Below, piece after piece: positions 49,665-62,832 of a stretch of 64,000 nt of DNA (positions are counted from its first letter, which is position 1; each line of letters begins with the position of its first letter). A program made the position numbers and the translations under genes. This DNA is from Cyanophora paradoxa CCMP329. Taxonomy: Eukaryota > Plantae > Glaucophyta. The notes under the pieces were generated by a model that was not told the origin of the DNA, did no database searches, and saw only the letters and a list, made by a program, of their open reading frames with translations. The stretch lies in assembly GCA_004431415.1 (NCBI GenBank), contig QPMI01000535.1, positions 434,001 to 498,000 of the forward strand, given 5' to 3'.

Positions 49665-52037
49665 CTACAAGTCCTCGACTTCGACGGAGTCGGCGGGGGC
49701 GCCGCGGCGGAGGACGGGCGGGAGCGCGGCGGCGGCTGCGAGCGAGGCGGCGAGGGTGCGGAGGTCCAGAGGGGCCGCGGGCCCCCGCCGGGCGGGGAGG
49801 CCCCGCGCTCGGGCGACGTCGGGCCACGGGGCCCGTCCGGCTCGCCTCCCTGCTCCGGGCCGGGCCCAGGAGGAGCTGCCCGGGGCCCGGCGGCATCGAG
49901 ATCGACCGCCGCCGCCGCGAGCCGGCCCCGGGCCCGCCCGCCGCCGCCTCCTCGGCGTCTCCTTCGCCGCCGGCGCGGCCGCGCGCGCGGATCGCGGCCG
50001 CCTCGGCGCGCGACTGGAGGACCGTCTCGCGGAGCGCGCGGGCGCGGCCGCGGGCGCGGGGCCCGTGGCTGCGGGAGCGGGGCTGGGCGCGGCGGGGCGG
50101 TGGCGGCTCCGAGGCCGCCCCGCTGCTGCCGTCCTCCTCGTCCTCGCCCCCTCGTCGTCGCCGTCGACGGCGGCCTCGTGCACGGCCCGCAGCGCCCCCG
50201 CCGGCGCCCCCGCCGCCGGCGCCGCCCAGTCCGCCCCGCGTCGCCCGCCGCCGGCACGGCCGCCAGGGCCGGGGCCGGGAGGGCGATGGGCCGCACGGCG
50301 CCGTCGGGCTCGGGCCGGGGCGAGATCGGCCTCCGCCGCCGCTGCGCCGCCCGCGCGCGGCGCACGCCGCCGGGGCGAGGGCCGCGACGCCGGCGGTGGG
50401 GCCCGGGGCCCCCCGGTCCGAGTCGTACCCCGCGTCCTCCTCGTCGGCGGGGGCGGCCGCGCCGGCCTCGCGGCGATCGCGATCATGCCCTGCGGCGCCT
50501 CGACCCGCGCCGAGGTCGACTTGGCGAGCGTCCGGATGCGCTCCAGCGCGCCCGAGACGGCCGCTGCCGCCTTCGCGCCGGGGGCCGCCGGGCACGAGTT
50601 GGCGCCCCGCAACCGCGCCGATGACGGGGAAGAGGCCTCGCCGTCGTCCGCGGAGGGCGCCCGCCCCCGCAGGCTCGAGCTCCCGCCCTCCCCGAACCGC
50701 ACTGCGGCCGCCGGCGTCGGGCGCGCCCACGCGAGGGGAGAGGCCTCGCCCTCGAGCTGGGCGGGCGCACCGGAGAGGAGCCTGGCGAGCCCGTCGAGGC
50801 CGCGGGAGGGCGCCTCGCTGGGGCCCCCGCCCGGCGAGCCGCAGACGGGCGACCCGCCGGCGTTCAGCTCCACTGCGCCCGCACCGCACCGCTCAGCGGG
50901 CGCCCTCGCCGCGGGCTGCGCAGGGCGGGAGGCAGGCGGGGAGGCAGGCGGGCACCGTCAGAAGGCAGCTCCGAGGCGGGAGTGGAAGAGCGGGAGCGTT
51001 CGGCCGCGGAGCCGCGGCCGGCCCGCAGCGCGTGGATGGCCGCCGCGCCGCCCCCGAGATCGAGCCCGCGCGGCTCCCGCCCTCGGACCGCGCCGGCGAC
51101 ACCCGCGCGAGCTCCAGCGCGGCGGCGGCTGCGCGGCGGCGGCGGCGGCGGTCAATCGGGCATCTGCATTCGTTCGTGCCGGCGGGGGCGGCGGGGGCGG
51201 GGCGGACCGAGGGAAAGGGAGAGGGAGGAGGCGACGCCGGGCTTGGCGAGGGACTCGGAGGCGAGGGCCTCGACGCCGAGGACGGCCGCCGTGCCGGCCC
51301 GCGAGCGCGGGCTCGGCGTCGAGACGTGCGACACGAAGGGCGGCGACGTCTCCGGGGAGGCCTCGCCGTACTCGGGCGGCGAGCAGGAGAGGAGCCCCGC
51401 GGGGGCCGGCCACTCGGCGCCCGGGCACGAGGCCTCCGGGCCGGCCTGCGGGGCGGAGAGGGAGCGCCTCCGGGACGCGCTCGAGGGGCGGCGGGGGCGG
51501 CCGGGGAGGCCCCCCGGGGCCGCCGCCTCGCCGCAGGCCCAGATCTGCGAGGAGAGGGCCCCCAGCCCCCGCGGCGCCATCTCGGGCGGGGACTCGCGCC
51601 GCTGCGGCGGCGGCGGCTCCAGTGGCCGCGACTCCGTCTGCTCCCTCAGCCCCGGCGTCTGCGGCCGCAGCAGCGGCATCCGGACCGTCGGACGCCGGCG
51701 ACGGGCTCCGCTGATGACTGTGCGGCTCAGCGATCGGGCTGCTCGCCCGGCTGCCGCGAACCCCCGCCACGGAAAAAGGGGGCTGGGGTGGGCGCGCCGC
51801 AGCTGCGGGGGGCTCGCTCGGCACGGCGCCGCGCCCGCTGCGGGCGAACCGATGATCGCTGACGCAGCTGTTCGGCCTGCGGCTGGTGGAGATGCGAGCC
51901 TGTAACTTCCCCAACAAGCCTGGCAAGCTAAATGGCTGCGATCGTATGCTGCCGCCGCTGCCGCCGCCGCTGCTGCTGCTGCCCACGATGCTGCAGCCTG
52001 CAGCTACCCGGTGACCAGCTGCAGCCTGCAGCTGCAA
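49665..52037 (-). CDS. Hypothetical low-complexity Ser/Pro/Ala-rich protein
   Basis: Long GC-rich coding-like segments ending ADSVEVEDL*. No recognisable domain; start and exon structure unresolved. Confidence 0.45.
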
Positions 52038-52623
52038 CAGCTGCAGGTACTACGGTACGGTACAGTTGCGCTGCTGCTGCCGCGCCTGCCGGCCCCACTC
52101 AGCGATATGCGCGCGCGTCCGGCGTCCGACGGTCGATCGATGGGACCGACGCGCCTTCGCGTCGACGTCTTCGATGTCTGCTTAGACTCTGCTAGCGTCT
52201 AGCTATAGGCTGTCTAGCGCGTTTCGCTCTCCGTTTCTGTACGTCGAGTCTCCGACGGAGTCCGACGGGGTACGGCTGCACATTTCGGGCTCCGATATAC
52301 CCAGCGGCATGCAATTGACGTCCAAGTGAAATTTAAATTCGAATTCAATCTTGCAACCGCCACAAATGGGGCCAGCTTGTGATTGGTTCGATTTGCACCG
52401 ACCAATCCGATTATTGCGGCAGCAATATTCAAATGTTTAATAATTTGTTTTGAGAGAAAGGTTAAGATATATATATGTGTCCGATTGATTTCTTGTTGGT
52501 TGGAAAAGTTCACTCGAACATGCATGCGCACATGCAAGTCGTCCGGGTACGGGTGTGAATGCTTTGCTAGCGTACCCCGAGTCTTGTACCGCGGGGCGCG
52601 CTAGGTGCCAGCTGCAGGCTGGG

Positions 52624-55600
52624 ATGGCGGAGAAGGAGATCAAGCGCGAGTGGTGCGGTCGCGCCGTGTCCTCGACCCCTCGCGAATAGTTAACGGACTA
52701 GCGCGCCGAGCGCTCCGCTAGCACAGACACCCGAATTGGCTCTCTTTCAGCGGCGAATGACTATCTTTGCAGGTCCTTTGGCCACCGCTTGAAGCTCAGC
52801 AGGCAGAAGACGAGCGAGCGCCGTGCGGTCGAGGATCAGGAGCGGGGGCGCGAATATAATGAAAAAGAGACGCGCTTCGTCTCGCATGTGCGTTTTCCCG
52901 GCTGCGTGCGCGGGCCGCGTGGCTGCGGCGCGAGCTAGCCCCTTCGCATGGGTTGCCGCTTTCGCAGGCTACAGCTAGAGCTATCCAGCCCTCGCAGCTA
53001 AGAGCGGGTTCGCGTATGCTAGGGCGCGCAAGCGGCTCACGTCTACGGGGCCCCGCGCAGTACAAGTTGGTCAAGGATCTCTGGCAGAACCTCGTGACCT
53101 GGATGGAGAACACGAAGGTCGTGTACAGCTCGGGCATCAAAGTCTCTGAGGGCTTCGCGGACGCCGTCGGCAGCGGTGCGCGCTACGCGCTCGCAATATT
53201 AATCTTCTTTCCTGCCTCGCCGCTGGACGCCGGCTGCGCAGGGGAGGGGAAGGAGAAGAAGGACGCAGTCTCGCAGTCGGCGTCGCGGTGGTTCAAGGCG
53301 AACCAGGCGATGAACCAGGAGCGGGAGGCGCACGAGGAGACGCTCCGCAAGCGCGTGCTGGAGCCTCTCTCTGAGTACCTGAAGAGCCTGAAGCTGGTGA
53401 AGGACCGCCGCGCCGAGCGCGACGCCCTCCTCCGCAACTACGCGTACTACGCGAACAAGGCCCGCCCGCCCTCCCTCCCCCCCTCGTTCTCTTTCTTCCT
53501 CTTTCTCTTTCTGAAGTCTCTTCGGCAGGTGCGGAAGTTGAAGGAAAAGCCCGACAAGGACCCCAGCGTCCTCCCCCGGGTACGCCGTTCCTCCCCTTCG
53601 CTCCAACCTTCCCCGCCCCCCCCCTCCCCCCTTCCCCGGCCAAACCGGCCTGGGCTCCGCAGAACGAGAGCAAGATGGGCGTCGCGAAGGAGCTGTGCGC
53701 TGTGCTTGTACCCCCCCTCACGTCCCTCGCCAAACCCCGTACCCCCGACAGGTACGAGCGGCTGAACGGGGAGCTCATCGCCTTCTACGACCAGGTCCAC
53801 GCCCAGCGCGTCGCCTTCCTCTCCCCCCTCCTCTACGAGGTACCCCCCGCCTCCTCCTTCCCCCCTCCTCCCGCCTGCTCACCCCCGGAGGACAGGCGAT
53901 CAAGGTGCAGAACGACGTGGGGAAGGCGTACACGACGAAGATGAACGACGTCGCCAAGATCCTCGAGAAGCCCGCCGTGCGCCCAGCCCCGCCCCGCCCC
54001 CGAAATCCTTCCCGAGAGATAGATAGCCGGGTAGCCTAGAGCTAGGCCGGCCGCCGACTCGGCCGCTGCGCCCCGCCCCGGCGCCCCGCCGTGACTTTCC
54101 TGGAGGAGACGAGAGGAGGCGGGGCTTGAGTCGCGCGCAGGAGAACGGCTTCGACCTGAAGGCCAAGGTCAAGCCCCTGAAAGTGCCGGTGCGCCGCGCG
54201 TGGCCGGGCCGGCTCGGGGGTACGGGCCGACGGGGCCGGGGTACGGTGCCGGGGGCAGGAGGAGTACGCGGTGCTGAAGCGGGGCCTGCGGGACGCGAAA
54301 TCGCCCAAGTCGCCGGGCAGCTGGGGCGAAGGCTCCGACGCCGACCTCGACCCCGAGGCCAGCGGCGTGCGCCCCCTCTTCCTTTCCTTTCCTTTTCCTT
54401 TCCTTTTCTCTTCGTTCTGACGGGGCGCGCGCAGTCCGGGCTGGAGTCCCCCGGCTCGGGCGACGGCAAGGGGAAGAAGGGGAAGAAGACACCAAAGAAG
54501 AAGAAGGAGAAGGGGGAGAAGGGCGCGGGGGCGGCCTCCGGCTCGGAGGGCGAGGAGGCCGCCGCGGCGAGCGGCAGCGGGGCGGAGGAGGGGGAGGAGG
54601 AGGACGGCTCGGACGGCGGCGGCGCCAAGGCGGACAAGGCGAAGAAGAAGGGGAAGGGGAAGGGGCGCGCCGGGAGCGCGCCGGCCGTGCTGCCCCTCCA
54701 GCCGCTCCAGCCGCTCCCGCTCCAGCCGCTGCAGGCCCTCCAGCCGATGCAGCCGTTGCAGGCGATGCAGGCGGGGCCGGCGGCCCCGCCCTCCTCTGCC
54801 TTCGCCAACTGGGGCGCCTTCGACGCGGCCCTGGCGATGGGCGCGCCCCACGGCGCCCCGGGGGCGCCCCACGCCGCGCACCCCGCCGCCCCTTGGTCCG
54901 CCGGCTACCCCCAGCAGCAGCAGCAGCAGCAGCAGCCGCAGCAGCCGCAGCAGCAGCAGGCGCCGGCCGCCTCGCCATGGGGCGGCGCCTCGGACGGGAA
55001 CCCGTTCGCGGCGGGGCCGGAGCAGAATCACCACCAGCAGCAGCAGCAGGCGCCGGCGTCGGCGCCGGCGCACCACCAGGCCTTCCCGCACCACGCGCCC
55101 CTCCAGCCGACCACCTCTGGACCCGCCTTCTTCGGTCAGCAGCCGCCGCAGCAGCCGCAGCAGCAGCAGCAGCAGTCAGCCGCCCCGCAGTGGCCCCACG
55201 GGCCCCCGCACGCCCCGTACCCCGCCCCGGCCCCCGCACCCGCCCCTGCCCACGCAGCCGCCCCTGGTTCCGCCTACCCCTCTGCGCCCCTCTCGCCGTC
55301 CGGGGCCGGCGCCGGTGGCCCGCACTGGCCAGCGTCCCCGTCCGCTGCCGCCCCGCCCGCCGCCCCTCCGGCCCCGCCGGCCCCGCCCCGCCTCCCGCCG
55401 CCCCGCCGCCCCGCCGAGCGCGCCCAGGTCAACTTCGCCTTTGTCGGTACGCACTTTTCCACCCGCCGCTGCGTCGTCGCCTCATCTGAGTCTGGGCCTC
55501 AGCTGAGCACGACAACGAGCTCTCCATCGCCGTGGGGGAGGTCATTTCGGTCCTCAAGAAGGACGGCGGCTGGTGGGAGGGTGCGCACGAAGGCTCCCCC

Positions 55601-55720
55601 CCCCCCCCCCCCCCCCCTTCCCCTCAGTTTTCGTCGCCGCTCACTGGAATCCCGGGCGCAGGCGAGTTGAACGGCCGCAGGGGCCTCTTCCCCTCGAACT
55701 ACGTCTCCCTTCTTGCCTGA
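52624..55720 (+). CDS. BAR + SH3 protein (amphiphysin/Rvs167-like)
   Basis: BAR helices ([26 protein letters not shown]|V.KLKEK...YERLNGEL), an NPF motif and SH3 [27 protein letters not shown]|[14 protein letters not shown]. Confidence 0.9.
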
Positions 55721-55952
55721 CCCGTTGCCCCTTCGTTCCCTGCCCCCCTTCCCCGCTCCTTGCGCCTGCCTCCGGTATCTTCCGGTTCCTACGCGTTCAG
55801 TGCAGCTCGGCCATTCCCCAGCGTATTCCAGTTATCTTCTTTTCGCGAATCAGTTGATCTTTAGTGCATTTCGCGCGCGTATTCCTTTCATTGATTGTTT
55901 TGAACCACGTCTACGACACAACCGATCCGAACCCATCGTACCACAGTCACAG

Positions 55953-57408
55953 TCACGCGCGGGCGAGAGAGGAAGCGGAGACAGAGGAGAGGGCGCCCCC
56001 CGGGGAGTAGGAGAGGAGGGCAAGCTGGAGGAGGGTACGTGATTCGAGCCAAAGGAAGGCTATGCGGAAGCCGGCGGGGCCGGGGGCGCGGGCGGCGAGG
56101 GGGTACAGCGCCGCGCAGCTCCACGGCAGAAGGGCGAGGGCGTGGGGGGGTAGGGGGAAGGCGGAGCAGGAGGGCTCGGGAAGGGATGCGAGCGTGGGAC
56201 GGGTACCGGAGCCGCCGACGCCGCCGGCAGCCTCAAAGAGAGCAGAGCCGTCCGCAGCGACGAGCCGGACCTGGGGGGGTACATGACCTCGGGGGTCAGG
56301 GGCTGCGAGGCCTGCAAAGCAGCGATCGCGGGGACCTTCAGATGCGAGTCGGAAGCTTCGAAGGATGCGCGCGCAACCTCGCCGGCTGCAGCGCGGGCGA
56401 CGGCCCGGCGGGGTCGGAGGGGCAAGCAAAGCGCGCTGCAGGGCGGGGTACGGGGCCGCACGGGAGCCTGGCGCAGCACTCCACTCGCCCGCCAGCGCGG
56501 CCGGGGCGAGCGGTGCAGACTCGGCGCTGGAGGGGGGGAGAAGGCGGGTAAGGTGGCAGCGCAAGCCAAAGCGAGGGCGGCGGGGCTCGAAGCCTCGAAC
56601 CTGTGGTAGAAGTCCTCGTCGCGGTCGACGGCGTTGGCGGCGGCGGCGAGGTTCGCGTCGGCGCGGCGCTGCTCGATGAAGAGGTCCACGCCACTCACGC
56701 GGTCCTCGTAGTCGCTCCGCACCACCGCTCGCATCTGCCAGCGCCGCGCGGCTCTCGCTGAGTCAGCCGGGCGCACGCGGAACGCCGCGCGGAGCGGGGC
56801 GGGCCGGGGTGGGCCGGCGGCCCTCACTGACCCGGCGCTGGCGGCAGGAGGACATGAGGGAGCACTCGGCGCGGAACGGCGCGTCTCCGTTGCCCACCGC
56901 CGAGTCCGGGCACCAGACGTACGGCCCGCCGGGCAGCGGCCGCAGGCCCGGCGGCGGGGCGCCCCACGGGTACGACACGGCATCCCGATCCAGCGACTGC
57001 ATAGAACGTCCGACGGTCAGCGCCGCGACCGCGAGCATCAGCCACGCTGGGCCGCCGGGCTCGAAAGCGCACGGCGAGCGCGCGCATCCTATCATTCATT
57101 CGGCGGCCGCGCCGTTCTCCGCCCAGCCCGCTTAGCTAAAGAGCTCTAAGCGGCCTTTCGAGTGCGCGCACCTCGTCCAGGTTGCAGCCAACGCTCGGCT
57201 GGAAGCGCTGCAGAGCGATTTCGAGCGCGGGCTCGCCCACGCGGACCTCGCGAACGTCGCAGAAGGTCGGCAGCGTCGTGAGCCGCTTGCCCCACTGCGC
57301 GAAGGCCTCGGGCGCGTTGGGGAAATCCTGCACGTCGCCGCGCGAGTCGACGCGGCCGAGGAAACCCTCCCAGCGCCCGAGATTCGGAAGGAAGTCCTCC
57401 CACGCCAT
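55953..57408 (-). CDS. DUF3598-like protein (cyanobacterial/plastid family)
   Basis: MAWEDFLPNLGRWEGFL resembles the W.....NLG.W.G start of the family. Also FRAECSL...RR|MRAVVRSDY...VDLFIE and C-terminal FRIAFLWL...SYSPGG. Recognised from memory. Confidence 0.65.
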
Positions 57409-57639
57409 CGCGGCTCTGCTGCAGCCGCTCCTTCGCAGCGGAAGTGACTGCCGATCACGAGTTCGAATCCCTCCGAGTCCCCCTCCCAGCAGATACAGGA
57501 CTCGAGCGCGGGGCCTCTGGCCCGTCGGTCGGCCGTAGCCGGCAATCCACGGTGCGCCCGCTATGTGACGACGAGAAAACTCCCAGCAGCCGGCGCCGGA
57601 ATCGCAGGACGATTCACTCCGAGCCTGGCGACGGGCGCA

Positions 57640-60600
57640 ATGCCGCCCCGGGCCCGGCTCGGAGGCTCCAGAGTCGGAGACGGTCCCGTTTCACACAAGG
57701 GACCGTCTTTGCTCGCTGGCGTCGTCGTCCTCCTTGTGTTCGCGACGATCCCTCTGGCGACCCCTGCGGCCGCGGCGCCCGTCAGCGGGAACGCCATTCG
57801 TATCGCCCGCTCCGAGGGCATGACCGTGAGGATCAACATCACATGGTTCGGAGCCCGCGGCGTTCGATGCTAGAACCACATCCGGGCGGAGCCGCCCTCG
57901 GCCGGCCCGGAGCCTAACGGTGGCGCAGGATGTCACCTCCGAGCCTCGTGCGGGTGGCGCTTCGCGTGTGTTTCACCGAACGGTGGAACGACGAGCGGGC
58001 GCAGGAGATCGTCGTCGCGGAGAGCGCGCAGCTCTGCTACCCGGTGCTCTTGCAGCGCGCCTGCATCGAGCGCGTCGGCTTTTGTCGCTCTTAACGCCGG
58101 GGCTTGCGCAGTGGATCGTCAACGTCCTCGCGAGGCAGCGGTACCTGCAGCTGCAGCTCGTGAACGTGCGCCCCGGAGGCTCCACGCCGCCCCGCACCCC
58201 CGGCCGCGCAGCTGACGCGCGGCTGGCCGGCCGGGCGCTCGCGCGCGCGCAGCTGCCCATCGGGATGTACGGCGTGCGGGCGAATGACACGCGGCTTGTG
58301 TTCATCGATCAGTTCTTCTCGGTGACGCCTGCGGCGCTCTGCAACGGTCTGGGCGGCAGCTTCGACTGCACCGCGGGCGTCAGCTACATCGGCGAGCGGC
58401 CCTCGGGGCTTCTCCCGCCGAGCACCGTTGAGCTCCGTGCGCCCGCCCGCCCCGCCCCGCCCCGCCCGCCCCGCCCCGCCCGTCCCGACGCGGGCCCCCC
58501 GCGGCGCCGCGCAGTGCCGGACCGTCTGGCGAGGGTGGATGAGGGCGCGGCGGCGGCCGGGCCGGACTCGCCGGGCCTGCTGCCCGAACCGGGCCCGCCG
58601 CAGACCGTGGTGGTCACGCAGGGCGTCCCCACGGCGGCCGTCATCGGCGCGGCGGCCGGCGGCGCGGCCGTCGCGGCGGTGGCGGTCGGCTGCTGCGCCT
58701 TCTGCTACATACAGCGGCGCCGCAAGCAGCGGCGGAGCACGACCGTGCGGGTCGTCTTCGACGACTCGGGCCGCGAGAGTGCGCCCCGCCCCGGCAGGGG
58801 GGCGCGGGGCGGGGCCGGGCCTGCAGGGGCTCAGCTGTAGCCCGCCTCCGTCGCCCCCGCCCCGCTCTGCTCTGCGTTGCTCCGCTGCGCGGCCGCTGAT
58901 GCGATCGGGGCCGGCAGTGATCCGCATCGAGGGCGGGCCGCAGACCGTCGACGGCGCCTCGCCCATCTCCGTCACGCCTGTGCGCCCCCGCCCCCCCGCC
59001 CCCGCCGCCGGCCCGTAGCCTCACCGAGCGCGCCGCCGCCGCGCCGCCGCGCAGGACGGCCAGCTCGTCATCCGCACGAACGCGCGGGCCCAGGTCCCGG
59101 CCCCGGCCCCACCCGCCGGCGGGGCGCCCGCGGCCGGCCCCTCCCGTCGGGGCACCAACCCCACGGAGCCGGCGCCGCGCAGCCCCGCGCCCTCCTTCCC
59201 CCGCTCCGCCTCCGCCCCCGGCCTCCAGCAGCTGCAGCAGCTGCAGGGGCAGGGCCAGGGGGGGTACATGGAGCTCCCGTCGGCCTCGTCGGTCGACTCG
59301 ACCGCACAGGCGCCGTCCCCGGCCGCCGGCGGCGGGCGGACGAGCCGGCCCCGCGCGCCGGCGGCCCCAAGCGCTCGCCGAGCGTCGCCGGCCCCGCCGC
59401 CGCCGTCGGCCGCTTCTCCGCGAGCTTCCTCCCCTCCCCCGACTCCTCCGCCTTCCAGCGGTGCGCCGTACCCCCCTCGTCTGCCTCCCCACCCCCCTCC
59501 GCCTCGGTGCGACGGGGCGGGGGCGGGACAGGGCGATCTGCACGAAGTGCGCGCGGGCGTGCGCGGGGGTACCGGACGAGGAGGAGGCCCTCGAGGCAGA
59601 GTGCCCCTCCTGCCGCCTACCCCTCGTCCGTTCCCCCCCCCCCCCCCACTTCCTCGGCTCCCGTCGCCGCCCCTGTGACCGCGCACCCCGCCGCCGCAGG
59701 TCATCAAGAAGCGCTTCTGGCCGGTGTCGCGCGTCGGCGGCGGCGAGTTCGGCACCGCTTTCGTGCGCCCCGCCGTCCCGCGCCGCGCGTCCGCCGCGCC
59801 CCGCCCCTTGGGCCCGAGACCTCATACCCCCTGCAGCTCGCCGTCGATCTGCACTACCCGTCCAGGCGCCAGTGCGTCGTGAAGAAGGTGCTCCGATGCT
59901 GTACCCCTGCGCCGCCCCAGACCCCTCCCCTCATTCCTGTACCCCCGCAGTTCACGTTCTTCGAGAAGAGCGGCAACGAGGAGCACATCGAGAAGGCCGC
60001 GGAGCTCTTCCTCGAGGAGGTGTACCCCTCTCGGGTGCTCGTACCCCCGGAAGGCTGACGCGGTACCCCCTCCCAGGGCCGCGTCCTGGAGAACCTCGAC
60101 CACCCCTGCGTGCCGAAGCTCCTCGGCTCGTTCCTCTGGCAGGCAAGGCCGTACCCCCTCTCGTCTCCGTACCCCTCTTGATTCGAATCCTCAGGGGGAC
60201 CTGTACAACGTGATGAACTTTGTACCCGGGCGCGACCTGCAGCGGATCATGAAGGACCGATCGGGGACGTACCCCGAGAGCGAGGCGAGGCGTACCCCGG
60301 GCCGGAGGGCCGTGCGGCCGCGCTCTGAATCCGCGCTCAGGTCTACCGCCTGCTGGACGACATGACCGACGCGCTCTCGTACGTGCACGCGCGGCGGATC
60401 CTGCACAGGTGCCGGGCCCCGCGTCGCGCTCGCCCTGGCGTGGCGCGGGGCGGCGCTGAGGGCGCCGCAGGGACGTCAAACCATCGAACATCATCGCCGG
60501 CGACGACGGTGCCCCGCCCGCCCCCCCACAGCCGCAGCCGCCGCCGCCGGCGCTCCTGACGGCGGCCGCAGGGGACTACTACCTCGTGGACTTCGGCCTC

Positions 60601-62832
60601 TCGACGACCTCGCGGCCCGACTGGGAGCAGGCCACCATGGCGCGGCCCGCCCCGCCCCGCCCCATCCCCCGCCCCTCACCCGCCGCCCGCAGATCGGCAC
60701 CTACGCCTACAGCGACCCCGAGCAGCGGCGGGGGTACCCCACGCCCTCCTCGGACCTCTACAGGTGCCCCTAGCCCCCCCCCTCTCCCGTCCACGCGGGG
60801 CGCCGCCGACCTGGGGGCAGCCTGGCGGCGACGTGCGTGGAGCTGCTGACGCGGGCGCGCCCGACGTACGAGTACTTCTGCGACTGGACGCCCCGTCCGC
60901 CCCGCCCGCCGCGCCCCCGCACCCCGCCCCGCCCCTCCTCACGGGCGCCCCCGCAGCCGCGCGCCTCCCGATCTCCTCCCACCTCGCCTCAGTCCTCTCT
61001 CGCATGCTGCGGAGGGACCCCGCGCAGCGGTGCGGCGCGCCGGCCCCGCCTCTCAACTTCTTTCCGCCCCTCTCACCCGCGCCGGCGCAGGTTCGAATCC
61101 GCCGCGGCCGCCCGAGAAGCTCTCTTCGGGCGCGACTGCAGGCGGAGGAGGAGCGTACCCCCCCAGCACCTCGCGGCCCCCGACTCGCCGGCGAACGCGC
61201 CCCTCCGCCCCGCCTCCTCCGCCCCGCCTGCCGCCCTGCTGCCGCCCAAGGGGGACGACGGGGGGTACCCGAACGGCGACGAGGCGTTCTACGTGATGCC
61301 CCCCGGCACGGGCCCCCGCCAGGCCTCCTCCGCCCCCTCCCACGTACCCCCCCGTGCCTACGTCCTCCGCACCGTCAGCACGCCCCGCTCCGGTACCCCT
61401 CGGGGCGCCCCCGCCCCCTCCGAACCGGGCGCTCCCACCGGGGGCCCGGGACCGCCCGCCTCCGCCACGCCGCGGGGCGCTGGCCCCGCCCCCGCCCCCG
61501 CCGCCCCTCCCCCCGCCCTGCCCCCCAGGCCGCCCTCCCCCCGCCCCCTCCGCCGGCGCCACCCGCGGCTCCCCCGCCCCCCTCCTCTGCAACCCCACGC
61601 GTGGCGGCCCTCCCCCGCCCCGCCCTCCTCCACCCCGCGGGTCCCCGCCGCCGCCCAGCCCGCCCCCGCGCCCCCGCCCCGCCGCCGCCGCCGCCGGCCG
61701 CCCCACCGCCTCCCCCGCTCCCCCGCCTCCGCCCGCCGGGCCCTCGCCGCCGACCTCGGGGCCGCTGCCGCAGCCGGCGACGCCGCGGCCGGGCTCGGGC
61801 CCGCTGCGGGAGGCCTCGCCCGGGGCCTCCTCCTCGGCGCTCTCCTCGTCGCTGCGCTCCTCGGAGCGCCGCGAGGAGCGCTCGGTGATCTGGGACCTCC
61901 TCTCCACCGCCTCGCGCCTCGCCGCCGGCTTCGACGGCGAGGCGCCCACGTCCCCCGAGGGCACCCTCCAGACCGCCTCCTCCGCCCCCTCCTCCCGCCC
62001 CCTCGCCCCCCTCCTCCGCCGCACCCGTGCGCGCTGCGGAGCGCGCAGCCGCCCGCTGCCTTCGTTTGTCTGACGGGGGCGGGCGGGGCGGGGCGGCAGA
62101 GACGATGAAGGGCGGGCCGCGCGGGAAGGGCCGGCGGCCGCGCCCGGGGCCCGCGAGCGCCTCGGCGCCCAGCAGCCCAACGCGGCGCCGCGGCGGAGAT
62201 CGGGCGGCGGCCGGCGGCGAGCAGGCGCGGGGGCGGGAGCGGGGCCGGGAGAGGCAGGGGGCGCGGGAGGGGCAGGGGCCAGGGGCGGGGCGCAGGCGGG
62301 GGCGCCGAGCGGGGAGGGCCGGAGCAGCGCGAGCCGCAGCTCCGCGAGCGACCGGACGGCCCACGGCGGCAGCGACAGCGGCGAGGTGCCCCGCCCCTCC
62401 TCTCTCTGCCCCGCGCCCCGCCCCGCCACTGACGCCGCGCCAGCCGCAGCGGGGCCTGCGGCTGCCGCGGAGCGGGCGGCTGCCGAGCAGCGAGGGAGCA
62501 GCAGCGGCGAGGGCGTCGCGGCGGCGCTGCACCGGTGGGCGACCCGGCGCCGCAACCACGCCGCCCGGAAGCGCAAGGAGGGCCCCGCTGCCGCCCCCCA
62601 GGGGCCGCCCGCCCCCTCGGCGCCCGCCGCCTCCTCCGCCCCGCCCGCCGGTGCCCCCGAGGCACCTCAAGCGGGGGGCACGGACGCCGCCGCGGGGGCG
62701 GCGCCCTCCTCCGCGCGATCGGAGGGCCTCGGCGGCTCGTCGCGATCAGTCCCCGGAGCCTCCGAGGCGGGCGGAAACCCGGCCGCCGGCCCCTCCCGCA
62801 AGCCCTCGAGCGCTTCCCTGCACTCCCACTAG
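57640..62832 (+). CDS. Single-pass receptor-like Ser/Thr kinase with a cyanobacterial-type 4-Cys prefix kinase domain
   Basis: Signal peptide (LLAGVVVLLVFATIPLATPAAAA), ectodomain, TM followed by RRRKQRR, CTKC...CPSC, then GGGEFG, VVKK, HRDVKPSN, DFG, GTYAYSDPE and SDLYSL. Low-complexity tail. Confidence 0.85.
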
